A stretch of 64,000 nt of DNA from Squalus acanthias (GCA_030390025.1 CM059432.1:132062001-132126000); one strand, 5' to 3'. Counted from the stretch's first letter, positions 24,991 through 38,262 are shown. A program made the numbers and translations. The notes: generated by a model from the sequence alone, not told the origin.

Positions 24991-27099
24991 TGAATAATTA
25001 GCATAACTTTTCTAGGTAAGCCGTAAAGTGTTCTCACATTTGTGAAGTGTGAGTTAGTAAATTTACTGAAGTTGCTTAACTTCACTGAATTCATTATCAG
25101 TCAGAGCTGTAAACTTTTTTTACAGGGCTAGTGGGGGAGTGAGATGTGGTCAGAAATGCATAAATACAGACAACAATCCTGCTATTTTTTGAGCCTGGAA
25201 AATTTATGTAATATAATAAATATTATTGTGCCTGGCCATAGAGTCATAAGAATTGGAACAAAAACTAAAGTGCATTCAAAGACCAATTTTTTTTTTTCTA
25301 AAATCCAATTGTCACTGTAGCAAACTGGTATCTTGAAGGTTTTGTTTTCAATTTATAAGTAAAAATAAATCTGTTTCTAGGATCAGGAGGAGGCCATTCA
25401 GCCCATCGAGCCTGTTCCGCCATTCACTGAGATCCTGTTCGGTTCTGCACACTACAAAAGTTATGTTAAATATTGGAGCACTCAATAGGTAGCAAAAGTT
25501 TGTTTGTACCCATTTTTTCTGAAGAAGCTGGCTGATGCTGGGTACTAGGGTGCTGAAAATTAATCTTTTTGGTAGATCAGGGATGCATTCAGGACAGGAC
25601 TTGTCCTATTTGGCCACACTGGGATTTCGTGGAGTGGCCGGTTCCTGGATCCGGCCCCTTTTCAACTTGATGATGTGGTAGGAGGCAGGACTGGGGAGAT
25701 GATGCCACCCACTGCAACTCCTGCCTCTAATGCCTTCCCCCCCCCCCCCACCCCCCCAAATTGTGTTGTACCCCTGCATCAAACTGGTGCACAGTGCTTT
25801 CAGGAAGGCAGAGTGAGGATCACCATCTCTTGAAAGTTCGGATTCCTTACAGTACCCAGTTGCAAAGCAATCTGCTTCTATAAGGAAAGCGGCCTTCCTG
25901 TAAAAGGGCCTTTTTTCCCCCCCCCCCTTCAGAATCTTCCATCTTTGGTCGGATTCACCAGCAATGGTCCCCATTAGCTGCCCTATTACCACTATTGTTT
26001 AAATTTCCTGATCCTGGGAGCTCTAACATGTCAGGTGTGCAAGTTCCCAGCCCAAATGAAGACCCCCTCCACGTTGTTATGGTGGCGGGACATGATCATG
26101 GATTATCGGCCCTGAATTTCCTTCATGCGCAGATGTAGATGTGTGTCTAGAAGCAATGTCTTGCCACTCTACCATTTTTTTAAATCAAAGCTCAGTTACC
26201 TCCAGTAAGCAAGCTAGTAATCAGACACTTTTTTTTGTTCTCAAACAAATATGTGTCTATTTGAGCATCTCTAGATTCCCTCAGTATGGAACGTAAACAC
26301 AGATTCCTTAACTATAAGTTAATTATTGTGAAAAAATTGGCGGCTTTGTCCAAACTCTAATTGACATGTACTGCTAACCTACAGGAGACGAGCGGCTTCC
26401 AAATTAAAGCTAACCTTTGCCTTCCAGCTCTTTAAAAATTATTCTTGCCCATCTTGACCATTAGTCATCTAACATATGATACGGGTTTTTTTGCTAATTG
26501 CCCGTGGCTTTATCAATAGTTCTCGGAGGGTTGTAGGACTGGAGGAGGTTACCGAGATAGGGAGGGGCGAGGCCATGGAGGGATTTGAAAACAAGGATGA
26601 GAATTTTAAAATTTAACTAGGCAAACATGCTGAACTTCAGCCCATTTATAATCTTGTCATTAATAAAACTTAAAACGTTGTGAATGTATGCCAGTCTTGA
26701 CAACACCAAATCATGTTTTACTCAATACCCTTTGTTCGCTGGACAAATGCACACAGATTAATACATGTTAGAATACTGGTTACATTTTTATGGACAGTTT
26801 TCCCAATATAAACTATAAAATAGTAATTTAACTATTTAATTTCCTTTCATGTATGTGTTTTCTCTGCTTGGGTGAGTGGAAATGAGGTTTTTTTGGCTAG
26901 TTTTGATGAAAGTTCTTGTTCCTGCTTTGGTTGTAATGGAAGCTGAATTATTTCACTAACTTTATAGTTTGTTTTACTATATGTAACTATAGTGTTTGTT
27001 AAGGCGGCTTCTTCCACAGATAGAAGAGATATATTGGGAGTGGAATTGAAGACTGAAGGGCAGTGGTTTATTCCAGATAGAACTGCAGAGTGATGTCTT

Positions 27100-27720
27100 A
27101 GGAACAGGAGTAGGCCAATCAACTAGATCATGGTAGAACTGCACCTCAACTCCATTTACCCACCTTTGCTCCATATCGCTTGATACCCTTGCGTGACACA
27201 AATCTCGCTAGCTCAGTCTTGAAAGCTCCAATTGTCCCAGCAGCCACAGCATTTTGGGCAAGAGAGTTCCAGATTTCAACGACCCTTTGTGTGGGGGGGA
27301 AGAAGTGCTTCCTGATTTCGCTCCTGAATGGCTTAGCTCAAGATTATGTCCCCTTGCTCTTGAGGAAATAGTTTCTATGAGTCTACCTTATCAAATCCTT
27401 TTGACATTTTAAACACCTCGACCAGATCAACCCTCAATCTTCTATACACAAGGGAATACAAGCCAAACTGAATACAGTACTCCAGATAGGGTCTGAGCAA
27501 GGCTCTTCCCAACTGAAGCATAACCTCCTCCCCTTTGTAATCCAGCCCCCTTGAGATAAAGGCCAACATTCCATTAGCTTCTTTGATTGCTTTTTGTACC
27601 TGTCAACTAGCTTTTAAATAATTTGTGTACTTGGACTCCCAAATCTCTACAGTTCCTAGTTTCTTACCATTTAGAAAATACTCCGATTTAACTTCCTTGG
27701 GTCCAAACTGGATGACCTCA
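27100..27720 (-). mobile_element. CR1 LINE 3' fragment, degenerate
   Basis: ORF 27375-27569 reads MLAFISRGLDYKGEEVMLQL.RALLRPYLEYCIQF. Confidence 0.8.
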
Positions 27721-27874
27721 GTTGCTCACAAGGGTTTAAGATCCATAGTTTATCCAGGGTTTGACCATGTTGACTGCACATATAAGGGGGAGTTGTAGCC
27801 ACTAATTATTCAATTATGGATAATTCAGTTATTACATTCTCCTCCTTTAAGACGCTCCTTAAAACCTCTCTCTT

Positions 27875-28590
27875 AGGCAGTCCCTCGGAACCGAGGATGA
27901 CTTGCTTCCACACTAAAAATGAGTTCTCAGGTGACTGATGAGTCCAATGCGGGACCTACAGTCTCTCACAGGTGGGGCAGACGGTGGTTGAAGGGGCGGG
28001 TGGGTTGGGTGCTTGGGTTGACGTGCGCTCCTTCCGCTGTTTGCGCTTGGCTTCTGCTTGCTCCCGGTGAAGAGACTCGAGGTGTTCGGCGCCTTCCCGG
28101 ATGCTTCTCCTCCACTTTGTGCGGTCTTGGGCTAGGGATTCCCAGGTGTCGGTGGAGATGTTGCACTTTTTCAAGGAGGCTTTGAGGGTGTCCTTGAAGC
28201 ATTTCCTCTGCCCACCTGGGGCTCTCTTGTCGTGTCGGAGCTCCGAGTAGAGCGCTTGTTTTGGGAGTCTCATATCAGGCGTGCGGACGATGTGGCCCGT
28301 CCATCGGAGCTGATCGAGCGTGGTCAAAGCTTCGATGCTGGGGATGTTGGCCTGAGCAAGAACACTGACGTTGGTGCGCCTATCTTGCCAATGGATTTGC
28401 AGGATCTAACGGAGGCTGCGTTGGTGGTACCTCTCCAGTGCTTTGAGGTGCCTGCTGTACATGGTCCATGTCTCTGAAGCATACAGGAGGGCGGGTATCA
28501 CTACTGCTCTGTAGACCATGAACTTGGTGCTGGGTTTGAGGTCCTGGTCTTCAAACACTCTCTTCCTCAGACGACCAAAGGCTGCACTGT
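27875..28590 (-). mobile_element. RTE-clade (BovB-like) LINE 3' fragment inserted into an L2 tail
   Basis: ORF 27956-28327 reads DQLRWTGHIVRTPDMRLPKQALYSEL...GGQRKCFKDTLKASLKKC, typical of the RTE C-terminus. The L2 tail is split at about 27874 and 28591. Confidence 0.85.
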
Positions 28591-30652
28591 CCTAATAGCT
28601 CCTTATGTGGCTCGGTGTCAAATTTTGATTGATAACGCTCCTGTGAAGCATCTTAGGATGTTTTACTACATTAAAGGCGCTGTGTCAATGCTGCTTGTTG
28701 TTGTTGTATATATGTAATCTCCAGCAAATCTTGGAAATGAAAATACTTCTATTAAATGTTAATAATAGAAACAAGGTACACGAGGCTAGTAAACAAAAGG
28801 CTCAGCATTATCATGTCCTCTTTCTGTTGACTTGGTAATGTAACTCCCAGTGCTCTCTCACAGCAGTTGAGTTAGAATGAAAATGGGTATCCCCGAAATG
28901 ATTTTGTGATGTTCAGTGTATTAAACAGTTTGCTTGTCCCTTTGAAGTGAGTGGCTTTCTGCTCCATTTTGATTGCGTTGCTTTTCCCTAATGTGGGTAC
29001 ATGAAGATAAAATCGGCATTCCCAGACATGAGGCAGAGGAAAAAGCGTAGATATCTGTCAAGACAGATCTCCGTCTCCATTGCATCCTGCTGGCCTTCCC
29101 AATGGAATGCATCTTGGCCTGTGCCTGCAGTATCTATTTTAATAAGGGGACATTCCCAGCCTCGTGCCTCATTGTTCTTTGACTATGCTCACTGGGAGAC
29201 CATGGATATCTAACACTATGGTCTGCTCCCAGATCCCTGCTGACCAAAGAGTCTGCTGGAGATCCCCGGGCCAGTCACAGATCCTCCAGGTAAGTAAAAG
29301 AATGTATTTTCTTAAACCCCTTCTCTTTCCCCCTCCCCCCTGGAAGATTTGATCAACCCAGGGCCTTCTGGCTTCTCAACTTCATCAGGAGAACCACAAG
29401 ACTGATCTGGGGCCTGAGTACATTGTTACTTCAACTAAAGGTTGAGAGTACAAACGGTGTAACATGCTGTTTTTATAAAATTGGAAAGATGTATTCAATA
29501 TTCTTTAATTCAAATTGGGACAGAATGTAAAGTAAAGTTTTAAAATTCCATTGGCACAAAGGTTGCGAAAATGGTTACATCTTTCCACGCCCCCCCCCCA
29601 GCCGTAGGACCTTGGTAAATTCATCCTATGTTTGGGACGGAAGTATAACGTAGCAGTCTGTTTCAAATGTACCCCCACCCCAATAAAGTCATCCTGTTGG
29701 GTTCTTCCAGAAAACTCTTAATTTGAGTTCTGCCTTATTTGTAGGGCTTTGAGGGGCACATGATGAAAATAAAATTCTCGCCAGATAACGACACGCTACA
29801 TATGCTTTTTCGTCCAACCATTATCAGCCAATAACCAAAGGATGTGACCTCCATTTCTGAAAGCTCATGAATATACCTCAACAGCCGGGGACTCTTGGTT
29901 TTAATGATTATCATAAAGTTACTTCAAAGGTGCCGCCCTTGCAAAACCTTTTAGTGAGCTGGTGCTAAAAGCCCAATGTAACACTAGTCTTATCCTTAAC
30001 AAACCTTTTTGCTAAGTTTAAACCAGGTTGTAAAAGTAGGCTGCTCCCAAAGAGGAAGCACTTTTAGTCTTCAAATGCATCCCAGCTGAGTCCGAGATGC
30101 TTCCATTGTGGAATCAGCCCATGTGTGTTGCCTAGACTGAACCTTCAAGCCTTCAATTTCTTTAATTTAGCTTTTGGCTTCATGGAAAAATAGAATCGAG
30201 CAACGTAATCACCGTGCATTAAGAAATTGAATGTGATTTATTCAGTCACCCGGCCTGTAAGTTTATAATAAATGATCTTTAGTCATGTTCTGTTACACTG
30301 AAATTTAAAGCTATTTTCAGTGGTTTGTCAGTATTTTAAGGCCTGCTGTTAATCACTGAGTTCGGCAGTCTCGATGGCATTGGTGTCATTTAACTCCTGC
30401 TATTCTTTGGTCTGGTGTTTTACTGTACTTTTTTTTTTACAATCTAGTGGTAAAATGGCTTTATACTTGAATTAGGTCTTTGTCATGTGCTGACTGCACA
30501 GATTTAGATGGTATTTGTTGTGACTTTCACTTTATTGCTCACATCAGAAACCTATTTTTGAATTAACTCTGCAACGAATGATCCAGTAAGTGATCCTTGC
30601 ATTTAAAAGTAGAGTACAGTGCTCCCCCCCTTTGTTTTAAGTGCACCACTGA

Positions 30653-30905
30653 AAGGTCCCAGGTTCAATCGTGATCTGTGCTGAATTAGTCGATCCCAGC
30701 CAGGGCAGCGATTTGAGGCACCAGAACTGAGTGGGAGGGCAAAAGATTAACCACTGCTGGAAAGTGCATGGTGTGTGAGGGCCGAATTGAGCTTGGTGTG
30801 GTGGCCTCCATGGTCAAACAGCTTGCTAATACCAGCTGGCTAGGCTCACATACAAAGAACCACCACTGGAAGGCTGCCAGTGCCCATAGAGGCCTAGCAA
30901 GAATC
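30653..30905 (+). mobile_element. LF-SINE-like element, partial
   Basis: aaggtcccaggttcaatc..tctgtgctgaattag..gatcccagcc...ctgctggaaagtgc...ctaggctcacat matches the recalled LF-SINE consensus layout. Confidence 0.65.
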
Positions 30906-31435
30906 TATTGCTTCACAGAGGGGAGATAATTGTGGGGGGTGGGGGTGGCATGGTTAGTGCATACTATTGGAGCAGGAGAGAGAATTAATTTTCAAATGAG
31001 CAATTCTATGCTTGTGCTTTCAGCAGTATTTGTATATGAATGATGTACATAGAGCGAACCCTGACTGGCATGGCAGCAGGGAGTCGAAGGAGAAATTCTG
31101 TGTTGTCCACATTATACCTTTAGTTGTGCGCATGAGAGATTGAAAGCCTCTCGTCACATAGTGCATATCAAAATAGCCATATATTCCATAGAAAGCTACT
31201 TGTTTTCAACTGTGCAATTAGTTGTGGATCATGCGCTCGATTCCACTCGTGCCAAATGGCTGATTTTTTTTCCTAAAGTGTGACTAATATAATGGAAAGT
31301 ACAATGGAATAGTCCTTTTAGAATCTCTTAGTATTGATCTAGTACAATTTCTATATTTGTCATTTAAGGATTGCAGGCACGTGTATGCATTGTACTTGTC
31401 CATGGAATGTGAGGATTATGTTGCAATGAAGTATT

Positions 31436-32085
31436 GGCCTGGATTTGCAGACAAATGTGGAAAATCTGAAGTTGCGGTCAATCATTCCCTGCTCTGCCAC
31501 AGGTTGCGCTGTGGAACTCCCCAGAGCTGGTAATCAATTCAAATCACTTGAACTGACACAAACTTCCCCTTTTATGATGGAATATCGCTGTTAAAAATCT
31601 GCTAAAACGTTAAACCTTATTGAAAGAGGTGTAGCTGGGTTTTAACGGTGTACTGAGTGCTGAACAACCGTTCTGGCCCTGAAAAAGTTTTATCTTTGTG
31701 GAATGTTGAATTTTCCATTGATAAATTAAAAACTTGTAATTATTAATTATTTTTTAAAATTTGTTTGATATTTCAGCTTCTACCTTAATCCTTTGTGTAT
31801 GTCCCAATCTTTATTTTGCACTTTGTAAATATTTATTAAAAGTAAATTATAATCTGTGCATTTTACTTCCTGGTTTGCTGTCTGAGAATTCTTCAGTGTG
31901 ATTGGCTGCTTAGCCAGCTTGATGACATGACTGTCGCTGGTGATTCGCTTGATTTGGGCCCAGATTCAAACAAAGGTCAGGAGAGCTGAAATTTACGTCA
32001 CAGACCGCTAGATCTTTGTGGGCACCTTTCTTCGAGGTCAGCGGCGAGCGGCCCTCACTTCACCGCTGACCGCAAATTCCGGGCC
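31436..32085. mobile_element. Non-autonomous PIF/Harbinger-like element (MITE family B)
   Basis: Termini GGCCTGGATTTGC...GCAAATTCCGGGCC with flanks ATT/AAT. Subterminal hairpin ggtcagcgg...ccgctgacc. AT-rich centre. Confidence 0.65.
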
Positions 32086-32325
32086 AATATGTTTCTCTTC
32101 CCCCACCCTTTAGATCTCTGCTGTCCCATGTAATTCCTGACATGAGAGAACAGGATGATGTCCTGCTCACATTCCCCCACCAACGCTGTTCTTAAGGAAG
32201 CGAGTTAAAAGTGTACAATAAAAGTTCCCGGCATTTCCTTTGTTCCTTGTGGAATAGTCAGCTGACCTTCACTTGAAGCCTCTTCATGAGAACACAGCTG
32301 AGATAAGAACTTGCGTTTACGAACC

Positions 32326-33170
32326 TCTGGATGAGCAGAAATTTTCTCCAATTAAATATTAGGAAGACTGAAGCCATTGTTTTCGGTCCCCGCCACAAAC
32401 TCTGTTCCCTAGCCACTGACTCCATCCCTCTCCCTAACATCTGCCTTAGGCTGAACCACACTGTTCACAACCTTGGTGTCATATTTGACCCTGAAATAAG
32501 CATATCCGCAGCATAACGAAGACCGCCTACTTCCACCTCCGTAACATCACCCGTCTCCGCTCCTGCCTCAGCTCAACTGCTGCTGAAACCCTCATCCATG
32601 CCTTTGTTACCTCTAGACTTGACTATTCCAACGCACTCCTGGCTGGCCTCCCACATGCTACCCTATGTAAACTTGAGGTCATCCAAAACTCGGCTGCCCG
32701 TGTCCTAACTCGCGCCAAGTCCCGCTCACCCATCATCCCTGTGCTCGCTGACCTACATTGGCTCCCGGTTAAGCAACGCCTCAATTTCAAAATTCTCATC
32801 CTTGTTTTCAAATCCCTCCATGGCCTCACTCCTCCCTATCTCTGTAATCTCCTTCAGCCCCACAACCCCCGAGATATCTGCACTCCTTTAATTCTGCCCT
32901 CTTGAGCATCCCTGATTATAATTGCTCAACCATTGATGGCCGTGCCTTCTGTTGCCTGGGCCCTAAGCTCTGGAATTCCCTGCCTAAACCTCTCCGCCTC
33001 ACTACCTCTCTTTCCTCCTTTAAGACGCTCCTTAAAATCTACCTCTTTGACCAAGCTTTTGGTCACCTGCCCTAATTTCTCCTTGTGGCTCGGTGTCAAA
33101 TTTTGTTTTATAACAATCCTCTGAAGCGCCTTGGGAGGTTTTACAATGTTAAAGGTGCTATATAAATACT
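32326..33170 (+). mobile_element. L2 LINE 3' portion, relatively young
   Basis: ORF 32331-32516 reads MSRNFLQLNIRKTEAIVFGPRH. Colinear with the other L2 copies through to the 3' tail. Confidence 0.85.
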
Positions 33171-33369
33171 ATAGAAATACACTGGAGCAGCAACCACGTG
33201 CTGTTCTTCTGCTACTGTACTTGGCTCATATTAATAAGCCAAAAGATGCTTAAAATACCTGCCTTTGAAATGTTCCTCCCTACTTCCATTAGTCACTAAG
33301 TGACAATATAAACCTCTCCAGCACTCTGACGTGTATCTTGAGCACTATGAACTGAATGGAAGAAGAAAA

Positions 33370-33505
33370 ACAAAACAAAACACTGTGGATGCTGGAAATC
33401 TGAAATAAAAAGAGAAAATGCTGGAAATACTCAGCAGGTCAGGCAGCATCTGTGGAGAGAGAGAAACAGAGTTAACGTTTTGGGTCGATGACCCTTCGTC
33501 AGATT
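33370..33505 (-). mobile_element. Penelope-like pseudo-LTR fragment with a degenerate hammerhead
   Basis: gatgctggaaatctgaa...ctggaaatactcagcaggtcaggcagcatctgtggagaga matches 14340-14420. The minus strand reads CTGACGA-A-GGGTC(ATC)GACCC-AAAA-CGT-T-AAC. Confidence 0.7.
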
Positions 33506-33711
33506 CTAATAAATATTGTTTAATGTACAGGGCTCAAGATAGTTTGGCAGTAAAATATGTCGGATCTACTTTGTGACATACAAAATCTAAATTTTTATTG
33601 CAATAGATTTAATGGATTATATTTTACCATGCATTCGCTGTGCAGCAACACAAGAAAGAGTTTGATTTATATAGCGCCTTTCGCAACCTCAGGACATCCT
33701 AAAGCGCTTTT

Positions 33712-35765
33712 TTTGTTCATTCATGGGAAGTGGGCGTCGCTGGCAAGGCCAGCATTTATTGCCCATCCTTAATTGCCCTTGAGAAGGTGGTGGTGAACCG
33801 CTGCAGTCCGTGTGGTGAAGGTACTCCCACAGTGCTGTTAGGGAGGGAGTTCCAGGATTTTGACCCAGCGACAACGAAGGAACGGTGATATATTTCCAAG
33901 TCGGGATGGTGTGTGACTTGGAGGGGAACTTGCAGGTGGTGGTGTTCCCATGCGCCTGCTGCCCTTGTCCTTCTCGGTGGCAGAGGTCGCGGGTTTGGGA
34001 GGTGCTGTCGAAGAAGCCTTGGTGAGTTGCTGCAGTGCATCTTGTAGATGGTACACACTGTAGACACGGTGTGTCGGTGGTGGAGGGAGTGAATGTTTAA
34101 GGTGGTGGATGGAGTGCCAATCAAGCAGGTTGCTTTGTCCTGGATGTTGTCGAGCTTCTTGAGTGTTGTTGGAGCTGCACTCATCCAGGCAAGTGGAGAG
34201 TATTCCATCACACTCCTGACTTGTACCTTGTAGATGGTGGAAAGGCTTTGGGGAGTTAGCAGGTGAGTCACTCGCCACACAATACCCAACCTCTGACCTG
34301 CTCTTGTAGCCACAGTATTTATGTGGCTGGTCCAATTAAGTTTCTGGTCAATAGTGACCCCCAGGATGTGTGGAGGATGCAGCGATGGTAATCCCGTTGA
34401 ATGTCATGGGGATGTGGCTAGACTCTTGTTGGAGATGGTCATTGCCTGGCACATGTGTGGCGCGAATGTTACTTGCCACTTATCAGCCCAAGCCTGAATG
34501 TTGTCCAGGTCTGTCTTCATACGGGCACGGACTGCTTCATTATCTGAGGAGTTGCGAATGGAACTGAACACTGCAATCATCGGCGAACATCCTCATTTCT
34601 GACATCATGATGAAGCAGCTGAAGATGGATGGGACTAAGACATTGTCCTGAGGAACTCCTGCAGCGATGTTCTGGGGCTGAGATGATTGGCCTCCAACAA
34701 CTACAACCATCTTCTTTTGTGCTAGGTATGACTCCAGCCAGTGGCGAGTTTTCACCCTGATTCCCAGTGATTTCAATTTTACTAGGGTTCCTTGATGCCA
34801 CACTCGGTCAAATGCTGCCTTGATGTCAAGGGCAGTCACTCTCACCTCACCTCTGGAATTCAGCTCTTTTGTCCATGTTTGGACCAAGGCTGTAATGAGG
34901 TCTGGAGCCGAGTGGTCATGGCGGAACCCAAACTGATCATTGGTGAGCAGGTTATTGGTGAGTAAATGCTGCTTAATAGTACTGTTGACGACGCCATCCA
35001 TCACTTTGCTGATGATTGAGAGTAGACTGATGGGACGGTAATTGGCCGGATTGGATTTGTCCTGCTTTTTGTGGACAGGACATAGCTGGGCAATTTTCCA
35101 CTTTGTTGGGTAGATGCCAGTGTTATAGTTGTACTGGAACAGCTTGGCTAGAGGCGCGGCTAGTTCTGGAGCTTAAGTCTTGAGCACGATAGCCGGGATG
35201 TTGTCGGGGCCCATAGCCTTTGCTGTATCCAGTGTGCTCCGCCATTTCTTGATATCCCGTGGAGTGAATCGAATTGGCTGAAGACTGGCTTCTGTGATGG
35301 TGGGGACCTCAGGAGCAGGTCGAGATGGATCATCCACTTGTTACTTCTGGGGATCATCTTGTTACTTCAGGCTGAAGATGGTAGCAAATGCTTCAGCCTT
35401 GTCTTTTGCACTCTTGTGCTGGGCTCCGGCATCATTGAGGATGGGGATGGTCATGGAGCCTCCTCCTCCTGTTGTTTAATTGTCCACCACCACTGGCTGT
35501 GGCAGGACTGCAGAGCTTTGATCTGAGCCGTTAGTTGTGGGATCGCTTAACTCTGTCTATTGCATGATGCTGCCGCTGTTTAGCATGCATGTAGTCCTGT
35601 GTTGCAGCTTCCCCAGGTTGGCACCTTATTTTTAGGCATGCCTGGCGCTGCTCCTGGCATGCTTCTACTACACTCATTGAACCAGGGTTGGTCCCCTGGC
35701 TTGATGGTAATTGTACAGTGAGGAATATGCTGGGCCATGAGGTTACAGATTGTGGTTGTACACAA
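33712..35765 (-). mobile_element. CR1-group non-LTR retrotransposon (second family), RT and 3' end, frameshifted
   Basis: ORF 34540-35004 reads QFGFRHDHSAPDLITALVQ..VTALDIKAAFDRVWH..AGVPQ..MFADD. ORF 33756-34313 reads YKVQVRSVMEYSPLAW. Confidence 0.85.
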
Positions 35766-35814
35766 TTGGTGAGGACGAGCTCAAGTAGGTTTTTCTCTCG
35801 TGTTGGTTCTCTCT

Positions 35815-36220
35815 TTACAGCCAAATTAAGTACTTTTGAAGTGTAGTCACTGTTGTAATGTAGTAACCATGGTAGCCAATTTGCACACAGCAAGCTCCCA
35901 CATACATCAATGAGATAATCACCAGATAATCTGTTTTTTAGTAATGTTGGTTGAGGATAAATATTGGCCAGGGCACCAGGTAGAACTCCCCTGCTGTTCT
36001 TCGAAATAGTGCCATGGGATGTTTTCCATCCACCTGAGAGGGCTGACGGGGCCTGGGTTTTAACGTCTCATCCGAAAGACGGCACCTCTGACATTGCAGC
36101 ACTCCCTCAGTACTGCACTGGAGTGCCAGACTAGATTTTGTGCTCAAGGCTCTGGAGTGGGAGTTGAACCCACAAGCTTCTGACTTGGAGGCTTGAGTGC
36201 TACCAACAGCCACAGCTGAC
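35815..36220 (-). mobile_element. Deu-domain tRNA SINE
   Basis: Reverse complement of the 39250-39695 family (aatagtgccatgggat...gtttaacgtctcatccgaaagacggcacc...ctccctcagtactgcactggagtg). Confidence 0.75.
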
Positions 36221-38257
36221 AAAATTTGGAGTGTAAGTAAGGTGTCGAGGCTTGAACTGACTGTGAGTGACACTGATTGACACTGCTTGCCCCAGGGAAA
36301 CCCTTTCGCTCAGGTGTTGGGTTGGGCTGACTCCTGATTCAGGCTGCTTGCATTTCGCAAAACCACTTTGCACCTGCACTACAATTATAGTGTAGATGCA
36401 CCTTTAAAATTCTGAAGACATTTGTTATTGGTGGCTTTCTGTTTGAAGATTTGAATAGCGTACCATTGGGTAAAGAGTATCAAGCTGAAGTACGCCTGAG
36501 TTCAAGAGATGTGAGGATTTGAATGACCTGAAGATTTGATCATTTGCATAGGTGTAATATTCACCCACTTTGGGAAGTGGTGTTAAATAGTAGAAGCTTG
36601 TTGAAGTTGTGCTTTAGATATTTTCGAACTAGAAGTAAGATGGACTTTCAAACTTCAGCTGAGCCTGTGCATGGGAGTCTCTCTCTCCTTCTCCCTCTTC
36701 GCCCCCCCCTCCCCCTCCCCTCTCTGGCCTGTAGCTGGTTAATGCATCTTCAACCCAGTCACTCACACTAGCAAAATATTAAAGCTTTAATTCCAGTAAT
36801 TGCTTGGACTGGTTTCCACAAACTATAGCTATAGTAACACATCGGTTATATTTTCTGAGTGAAGGATTGCACGACATTACAGGAAACTTTTTTTTATTTG
36901 GTCTGTTTTACTGGTTATATCGTTTTCAGGATGGGGAAAGACCAAGTGTTCTAGTGATGAAATAGGGTTCTGGTGGTTGACCATCACAAAAGTAACAAAG
37001 GTGTAAATAAAATTAATTTGCACGTGTGGCTTACCTTTTTGATGGCGTACTCGGGAGGAGGTGAAGAAAAAAATCTCTCGAGGCTGCCAATGCTGAAAGA
37101 GGGACAAACCTAAATCTCCCCAAAGAATTGGGAATTGGGGAAATTGCGTGCGTTGGCAAGCCTGTCGAGTTGTATTTGGAAAAATTAGGGAAAGTTGATG
37201 AAACTAATTCAAAACATGGGAATTTTCCAGCGTAAATAAGGCAAAGCTGAAAATGTTTAAACCTTTTTGAGTAAAAAAAAATTAAAAATGAATCATTTAC
37301 GTACTATGCCGGAAGTTGTCATTATTTTGGTGCACTGCTAGGAACAAATCCCACGTAGAGGTGCTGGTGCTCTGCTCTGCACTTTTCCTGGATTTGGCAG
37401 GCTGAAATAATCATGTTGGACATTCCGCGATCAGCCTGAAATTTGCATTGGTTTTCTGGGAGAATTTTCCCCTTGCAGTTGTTCGTTCAGTCGGCAGAGC
37501 GGGTAAAATTCTCGCCCGTATCGTGCTTGCGGTGTTCAAGAACTATGACGGGGGAATCTATATTCAGTACCACACAGACGATGACATCTTCCACCTTGGA
37601 CTGCGAGCTAGTTCCTAAGATGCTCTTTGTCGATCACCATGAGTTACTTGCCCACACCCTTGAGGGCATCCAGCTGCTGTCTGCTCGAGCAGCACGACGT
37701 TTTGGCCTTGCATTCACGTGCAGGCTACCAGTTTCTGAAGTCTGTAAATGTTTTTTTTTAACTGGATCTGATCTTTCCCACAAGTACTCGTGGATAAGGT
37801 TTTACCATATCAAAAAAAAATAATAATAATTCTGGTTTACTTTTCCCACATTGTAACCAATTTTTCCCCTAGTCAGACTATTAAATCCTCTTCACACAAA
37901 AAATAAATAAGGTTTTCAAACTTAATGAAACCTCATCGGGTCATTGTTCAAACATGATTGGTTTTGAGGAGGCTTCCTTAGTCTGTCTTTTCAGGCATGT
38001 TTTGGTCGTCTCTGATTTTCCTGCTTGGGTTCCATTCTCCTCTGTGACGTGCCTTGGGATGTTTCCTATGTTAAGGTTCTATACAAGTAAGTTGTTGAAG
38101 TCTTGTTACAGACTTTGCACTGTTTTCAAATTGTTTTTCAAAACCTACCATGTAAAACTAGTGACGTTACAAGATGACTTAATATTTTATATAGTTCTAC
38201 ACACTTTTGTACCCAGACCACAGTATGATCTCCCTAGAGTGTGTCTTTCTCTCTTTC

Positions 38258-38262
<5 letters not shown>

